IMG/VR virus record: IMGVR_UViG_3300037722_001041
Span: 1-38,198 of that record
Source: a virus
Lineage: Duplodnaviria > Caudoviricetes
Reading direction: 5' to 3' (one strand)
Length of the DNA: 38,198 nucleotides
The position numbers and the translations under genes are program-made. This document shows, in pieces, positions 33,272 to 38,198 of the stretch; position 1 is the first letter of the stretch, and each line of letters starts with the position of its first letter. A model generated the notes under the pieces. That model had not been told where the DNA came from, searched no databases, and was given only the letters and a program-made list of their open reading frames with translations.

Positions 33272-35104
33272 CTAACTCTCCGTACCAGCTCTCACCAAAG
33301 CTGTTATGTTTTTCTTGCTGCGTTCCTCAATACCTTGCGTACTTCGATTCTCGCGTACGTAGTTGCGTGTTGTCGATGGACTCTGCAAAGGCCTCCGACC
33401 GGGAGTTTGCGGCATCATGTCATTCTGCCCCTGTAGTGTCATCTCTGATGAAATCAATTCCGTGATCTCTGGGAGGTCGGAATATTTTGCGATCAATTCG
33501 ACCAGTTTCTTCATATTCAGCGACATTCCCCATTGGCTTAACATCGGCGCCAGCGGCAGAAAAACCTGCGTCGTCAGCTGCATAATTGAGCCGAGACGCT
33601 GCTGCGGTCCTTTGCTTTGCAGGCTATACGGGGCAATCTGAAACTGGTAACGGAAGAAATCCTGTTCTCGACGTTCGGCCGGATTCCATGTGAACTCAAT
33701 ATCGCCAAAACCCTCAATCTGTTTTGACAAATCCAACTCAAGAAATGGGTCGGAATACATATACCAGGCCAAGTCTTTAATGACATCTGCTGTGAACGTC
33801 ACAACCTTTGACTGCATATCGCGTAGCATTTCGCTGCTTGACTGCACCAGCAATTGCTCCTGGCCAAGGGTTCCTCCTTGCTGTGACAACCCTCCCATAG
33901 CGTCAAGATTTCCCGCCATGTAGGACAGAGTTTCTTTGAGCCATTGGACGAACCCAAAATTCCCCGGATCAACCCCGCCGTATTTCAACTCTTTGACGCT
34001 GTCAATGTGCGTCGCCTGGATAACTTGGCCGTCTTCGGCCTCCATGATCGTCTGAGCTGTTCCATCCGCGACAGCACGGCCATCAGCGATCGTGAGCGTT
34101 TTTTGTCTCTTCGCTTGCAATCCAAGTTGATTCACAAGAACAGTCAGCAGGTCCTGCAGATCAAACAAATGCTGCGCCGGAGCTGATGGCATGATGTTTC
34201 CCGGCACCGTCGAAAATGCCAGTAGATGAAACGGGCCATGCTCCGGGCCCTCCCATTCGCGAACTAGCAGTGGTTGAAGACCTTGCTGCGCGGGAAGTGT
34301 CACGAATAGGTTATCGCCAGGAATCCAGATATCCCAGAGATCGACGTGTTGACGATATTCTGTTTTCGAAATCGCATTTCCAGCTGTCCAATCCGAAGTG
34401 CTTTCCTGCCCGCCGGCAAAATCTTCGACAACACCGCGTTCTGTTTCCGGAGATAACTTCGCTTTTGCCTCTTTATCGTATTCCGGATTACTCGCAACAA
34501 GATCGTATGGCATCCTGTAGCGATTCGCAACCCAATCCCATTCCTCCTGACGACGTGCATTCATATCGTAGAGGAAATCTTCAAGCAACACTGGTTCTGC
34601 GTACGGTTGTCCGCCTTTGGATGTGTAACCGGCACCGCGTGGCAGGTATTCAGACGTAACACCAACCTTCATCACCCCGAGTAGGAATAACGCAGATCGT
34701 ACTACATCCGAGAGATTACGCCCGAATTTGATCGCATCAAGTAGAAAGCTTGTCGCCAATTCCATTTCATATGCTTGGGCCGTCAATGCCGGAGATTTGG
34801 TTAACACCAGCGCCGCAGGCGATTGCGATACCAATTGCCGCAACCAAATTTCGATTGCGAGACGCATCATATTCAACGGTGTCTCGCCACTGCCAGAGTT
34901 CTCTCCATATCGACTGCCGGCGAAATAGGAGACGCTATCTACGTACTGGGCCCGAAACGTCGCCATTTGTCGGGCGGACCAAGCCATCGAATCTCGCAAT
35001 TTGTCAACGTCGACATCGCGAAGCGGATTGATTCCGCCCAGGCGGTCATTGTTACCGCCGCGGTCTTGCTTGGAGCCGAAATCCTCGTCCGGGTGTACGC
35101 TCAT
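33272..35104 (-). CDS. Portal protein (podovirus/P22-like)
   Basis: 610 aa downstream of TerL; GVMKVG, DFLYDM, GPFHLL, helical stem/crown pattern. Confidence 0.85.
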   Translation of the reverse strand: MSVHPDEDFGSKQDRGGNNDRLGGINPLRDVDVDKLRDSMAWSARQMATFRAQYVDSVSYFAGSRYGENSGSGETPLNMMRLAIEIWLRQLVSQSPAALVLTKSPALTAQAYEMELATSFLLDAIKFGRNLSDVVRSALFLLGVMKVGVTSEYLPRGAGYTSKGGQPYAEPVLLEDFLYDMNARRQEEWDWVANRYRMPYDLVASNPEYDKEAKAKLSPETERGVVEDFAGGQESTSDWTAGNAISKTEYRQHVDLWDIWIPGDNLFVTLPAQQGLQPLLVREWEGPEHGPFHLLAFSTVPGNIMPSAPAQHLFDLQDLLTVLVNQLGLQAKRQKTLTIADGRAVADGTAQTIMEAEDGQVIQATHIDSVKELKYGGVDPGNFGFVQWLKETLSYMAGNLDAMGGLSQQGGTLGQEQLLVQSSSEMLRDMQSKVVTFTADVIKDLAWYMYSDPFLELDLSKQIEGFGDIEFTWNPAERREQDFFRYQFQIAPYSLQSKGPQQRLGSIMQLTTQVFLPLAPMLSQWGMSLNMKKLVELIAKYSDLPEITELISSEMTLQGQNDMMPQTPGRRPLQSPSTTRNYVRENRSTQGIEERSKKNITALVRAGTES

Positions 35105-35544
35105 TTGTCGTGTTTTCTCAGGTAATTAACCGCCGCCTCTAGCACAAGCGGATCATCACAAAAGTAGCCCAACCCACTGTTACACCTATAGCAAAGAAAC
35201 TCACGAATTTTTCCATCTTGGTGGTCATGATCAAGATGGGGTCGCGCAGTCAATGAGCCACAAATAGCGCAGCGATTGCCGGATTCTTCGCGTAATCTGT
35301 CGTACTCTTCCAACGTGATCCCAAACTTTGCGTGAACATACCTCCGGCGCCCGTCCTCTTTGTGTTTCCTGTAATATTCAGGATTCTGCTTCCGCAACTG
35401 TGCGCATTCCCGCCTCTTCTCGAGGTACTTAGGATCTTTTTCGAGGACTTCGCGGTAAGCTTTGTATTTTTTAGAGGTTTTCCGCCAAACCTTCATGTAG
35501 GCGTTTCTGTATGCTTTTCGTTTTTCCGGATCTTTGTAGGGCAT
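35101..35544 (-). CDS. Endonuclease VII-type HNH nuclease
   Basis: FGIT..EY, CAIC, HLDHDH, IREFLCYRCNSGLG; basic helical N-terminus. Confidence 0.9.
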   Translation of the reverse strand: MPYKDPEKRKAYRNAYMKVWRKTSKKYKAYREVLEKDPKYLEKRRECAQLRKQNPEYYRKHKEDGRRRYVHAKFGITLEEYDRLREESGNRCAICGSLTARPHLDHDHQDGKIREFLCYRCNSGLGYFCDDPLVLEAAVNYLRKHDK

Positions 35545-35546
35545 AT

Positions 35547-35822
35547 TTAGTCCCAACTAGAGTACCAGTTTTCGACATCGTGGTCAGGCGACACATTATC
35601 TTTCTCAGAAAATCCGCGAGGTCTACTATGACGCTCCTCAAATGGCGTCATATCTTCCTCTGCGGCATGTGTCGCGAGTCCGCCAGCATACAAACCACCT
35701 GTATCTTTGCCGGTCATGTCAGGATCACCTGCCAGTTCCGTGTCACCGCCCTGCTCCCGAGCAACAGATCGGCATGCTTCACGAATCATGAATGTGGGAT
35801 CGGTATCATAGCTGTTAGCCAT
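35547..35822 (-). CDS. Acidic hypothetical protein (91 aa)
   Basis: GGAGG RBS. Confidence 0.6.
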   Translation of the reverse strand: MANSYDTDPTFMIREACRSVAREQGGDTELAGDPDMTGKDTGGLYAGGLATHAAEEDMTPFEERHSRPRGFSEKDNVSPDHDVENWYSSWD

Positions 35823-35879
35823 CGAAATCCTCCCGGAGGGAATGCCAAGTTTTGTGATAGAAAAACTGGGCAGTTTTTC

Positions 35880-36071
35880 TTACAGCAAATGCTCATGCCT
35901 TGCATTCAAGAAGCCCATGAACCAATTGTACCTATGTTGGTTCCAGTCTGAACCTCGGGCATGTGGGCAATCAGAAAAAGAAAACCCCAGACGATACGCT
36001 TCCCTGCCATCGTTGAACTCTGGGGCCGCCGTCGGTGTATCATCCTGACTGGAGAAGATACGGTTGCGCAT
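35880..36071 (-). CDS. Rmf/CrpP-fold small protein (63 aa)
   Basis: FNDGREAYRLG...CPH...WFMGF matches the Rmf pattern GxxA...G...CPY...WxxGW. Confidence 0.6.
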   Translation of the reverse strand: MRNRIFSSQDDTPTAAPEFNDGREAYRLGFSFSDCPHARGSDWNQHRYNWFMGFLNARHEHLL

Positions 36072-36073
36072 AG

Positions 36074-36181
36074 TTACTTTCCTGTGTCGTCCTCTTGGTT
36101 ATCGGTTTGAAGTGCAACGTCTCGCTTGGCTTCGGCCACTGCGGACGCAACCTGGCTGTCTTGCGTGTCTTTCTCGAGCAT
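36074..36181 (-). CDS. Small acidic protein (35 aa)
   Basis: AAGGAG RBS 8 nt before the ATG; first ORF after promoter copy 1. Confidence 0.45.
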   Translation of the reverse strand: MLEKDTQDSQVASAVAEAKRDVALQTDNQEDDTGK

Positions 36182-36235
36182 GATACCAGCTCCTTTTGAT
36201 TCAAGTGGTTAATTGCGGCAGTAGGTTCTTTTGAG

Positions 36236-36264
36236 ATTATTCGTGTATTTCCTGATTTTGGCAA
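36236..36264 (-). promoter_or_regulatory. Putative late promoter, copy 1 (portal block)
   Basis: TTGCCA-N17-AATAAT with ACACG before the -10, immediately after the TerL stop. Confidence 0.6.
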
Positions 36265-38198
36265 CTACCAATCTCGAAGCCGTGGACGCATGGATTTCTT
36301 CATCATTAACCGGTCGTTTTCCCGGCGAATTTTCTGCCGATAGCCAAACGAGCCCTCCGGGGGATTGAAATTGCCGCGTTTGATTCTCGGATTGCTAATT
36401 TGACCTGCGGCTCCACCACCAAGTTCCTCCATCGCCAAATTGGCCAGCGCATCCGCTATGACACGGTCTCCGTGGTTCTCATTCGAGTTCATCGGATCGT
36501 CATCATCTGTCGTACCCGCGATATACATTATTTTGTCACCAGCACAGACTTGATAGTGCGAGCATTCTTTGAGAGCCTCCTCTGACGGATTCTCAAAGAA
36601 GCCTTCGGTGAGTGACCAACGATACTTCGACAACATGCCGTTCTTGCTAGTTTTGGAACTTTGCCACCCCGGTTCCTTTGTTGTCTTCTTTTTTGTTGAA
36701 TTCCACGGTGTGTGCCAGTGAAAATTTCTGAAGTTACTATCAAGCACGCGAAGTCGAAACGCTCCCCCGCCCGTTCCGTTATTCTCCCAGATCAGATAGG
36801 CTGGTCCTCCGTCGGCGTTCATGAACCAACGACAAACAGCAATTGCCAGCTCGGCGAGGCGTTCGGGACCAGTGGTATGCGAGCAGTATTCGGCTACTTT
36901 CTTGCCTGTGTCTCGATTAGCAACCGAGATGACACTATTACTTGTCCAGCATGTACCGAGACCCATAGCTATATCGACTCCAACGACGTAATTACCTAGT
37001 GGCGGCAGTGCTTTGTGCGTCTGAAGATCGAACCATAATTTGAACCGCCCAGTTTTTGACGTCATGAAGCGTGTGACTGTTAAGTCTTCGCCATATTCCA
37101 CCTCACCAATGGTATCTGGCTTTCTGGTTCTGGCACAACAGCGTTCGATAAGCTGCGGCGGGAAAAAGTTATTCCCGGCGCCCTCCGGATCCATATCGTA
37201 TTCTTGCGCAATCATCCGCGGCGTCATTCCACCGCGGCAACACTCATTGACGTACCATGGGCTCCATACTTTTGATGCGCTCTCAATGTCGAAACTGCGG
37301 TGCTGCAGAATCTTGCGCAACTCACCGAAAAAATTATCAGTATACTCACCGACAAGAATTGGTTCGGTCGTTCCGGGCTTTAGCAGTCGCCCATTTTTGC
37401 CATCGATGCAGAACATAAACTGATTGCGTGTTGGATTATTCATCCACGGCATGCAGATTTTGACCATGGACGATGGCTCTTTCATGCACTTGTAGTATGC
37501 ACCATCGCACCCGTTATACGTACTGACCAAAATGCGGCAGTCTGTGACCGGCGCGGTAGAGGAAAGAGCTGCCTCGTCATCGCCGCGTGGAAATTTTGCG
37601 AATTCGTCCATCATCAGTGCCGTTAGGCGTGCACCAGAGAACATCTCGGCCGTCGTGGCTGTCGCATAGATAATGCTACCGTTCCGCCTGTTGTGCCACG
37701 TTGATCGCGTGATATTGCGCTCCCAATCACCATCGTCTTTCGGTTTACCTTTTTTCCCAGACATCCACTGCGGCATCGTTTCAAGAAGGAAATCAACCTT
37801 CGCGCCGAGAGAACTGAGATTGTTTGGATCATCAGCCGAGTCACGGTCCTTACTCACGAGACCAAAGTCTTTCTTTTCCGGGTGAAAGAGCCATACCCAA
37901 ACAAAAACGCAGATCACGATCCACGTAGCCCCTTCACCGCGGGACTTCTCCAGTCCTATATCCGTGTATCCGAGATTCTTGAGAATGGCTTCAAACACAG
38001 GTATTTGCGACGACCACGGAAGGAACGGCAAAATTGATTTCTTACCATCTCGAGGCCGCGGCTCATAAATGAACGCAAACGACTTCAACCACCAGAAGAA
38101 ATCTTCGCGGCATTTTTTGATGATCCAATCACGATTAACCTGTGACTTAGATGCCCACTTTCGCAGTACTTTGCGATATTCGAGGTTGGCAACCGGTT
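36265..38198 (-). CDS. terL: Terminase large subunit (5' end outside the window)
   Basis: Frame open to the window edge; Walker A KSRGEGAT, Walker B LMMDEF, coupling motif STYNG, RNase H-like VGVDIA, WENNG, HGDRVIADAL. Confidence 0.92.
   Translation of the reverse strand, partial: PVANLEYRKVLRKWASKSQVNRDWIIKKCREDFFWWLKSFAFIYEPRPRDGKKSILPFLPWSSQIPVFEAILKNLGYTDIGLEKSRGEGATWIVICVFVWVWLFHPEKKDFGLVSKDRDSADDPNNLSSLGAKVDFLLETMPQWMSGKKGKPKDDGDWERNITRSTWHNRRNGSIIYATATTAEMFSGARLTALMMDEFAKFPRGDDEAALSSTAPVTDCRILVSTYNGCDGAYYKCMKEPSSMVKICMPWMNNPTRNQFMFCIDGKNGRLLKPGTTEPILVGEYTDNFFGELRKILQHRSFDIESASKVWSPWYVNECCRGGMTPRMIAQEYDMDPEGAGNNFFPPQLIERCCARTRKPDTIGEVEYGEDLTVTRFMTSKTGRFKLWFDLQTHKALPPLGNYVVGVDIAMGLGTCWTSNSVISVANRDTGKKVAEYCSHTTGPERLAELAIAVCRWFMNADGGPAYLIWENNGTGGGAFRLRVLDSNFRNFHWHTPWNSTKKKTTKEPGWQSSKTSKNGMLSKYRWSLTEGFFENPSEEALKECSHYQVCAGDKIMYIAGTTDDDDPMNSNENHGDRVIADALANLAMEELGGGAAGQISNPRIKRGNFNPPEGSFGYRQKIRRENDRLMMKKSMRPRLRDW

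Larger units (their letters stand above)
1..38198 (-). mobile_element. Tailed bacteriophage/prophage genome segment (podovirus-like)
   Basis: Co-oriented terminase, portal, scaffold, capsid, adaptor, nozzle, ejection, lysis-like and recombination genes; no host housekeeping genes; no tape measure recognised. Confidence 0.95.

Noticed and set aside
1-38198. Alternative genetic code or stop-codon readthrough
   Set aside because: Genes tile the minus strand densely under code 11 and no suppressor tRNA is present.

Overview
The whole window is part of a tailed dsDNA phage or prophage genome, and every credible gene lies on the minus strand. Read right to left, it carries: large terminase (partial), small Rmf-like and endonuclease VII genes, portal, scaffold, a ~5 kb cassette of accessory virion genes, and the major capsid protein with decoration-like genes. 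Next come an ~860-nt non-coding island with five atypical tRNAs interleaved with H-type pseudoknots, then the tail adaptor, a nozzle/tail-stabilisation gene split by an inserted tailspike, and four ejection-type proteins. The window ends with a membrane/secreted-peptidase (putative lysis) block and a recombination/replication block (3'-5' exonuclease, Sak4-like ATPase, SSB-like protein, partial RecD2-like helicase). No tape measure, tail tube or sheath gene is recognisable, so a podovirus-like virion is inferred; a Planctomycetota host is a weaker inference. The most notable observations are the tRNA-pseudoknot RNA island with two SAM-II-like folds, the split nozzle gene with in-frame junction repeats, two paralogous adaptor genes, and a three-copy TTGCYW-N17-AATAAT promoter motif. 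All calls come from reading the sequence by eye; no database searches were run.
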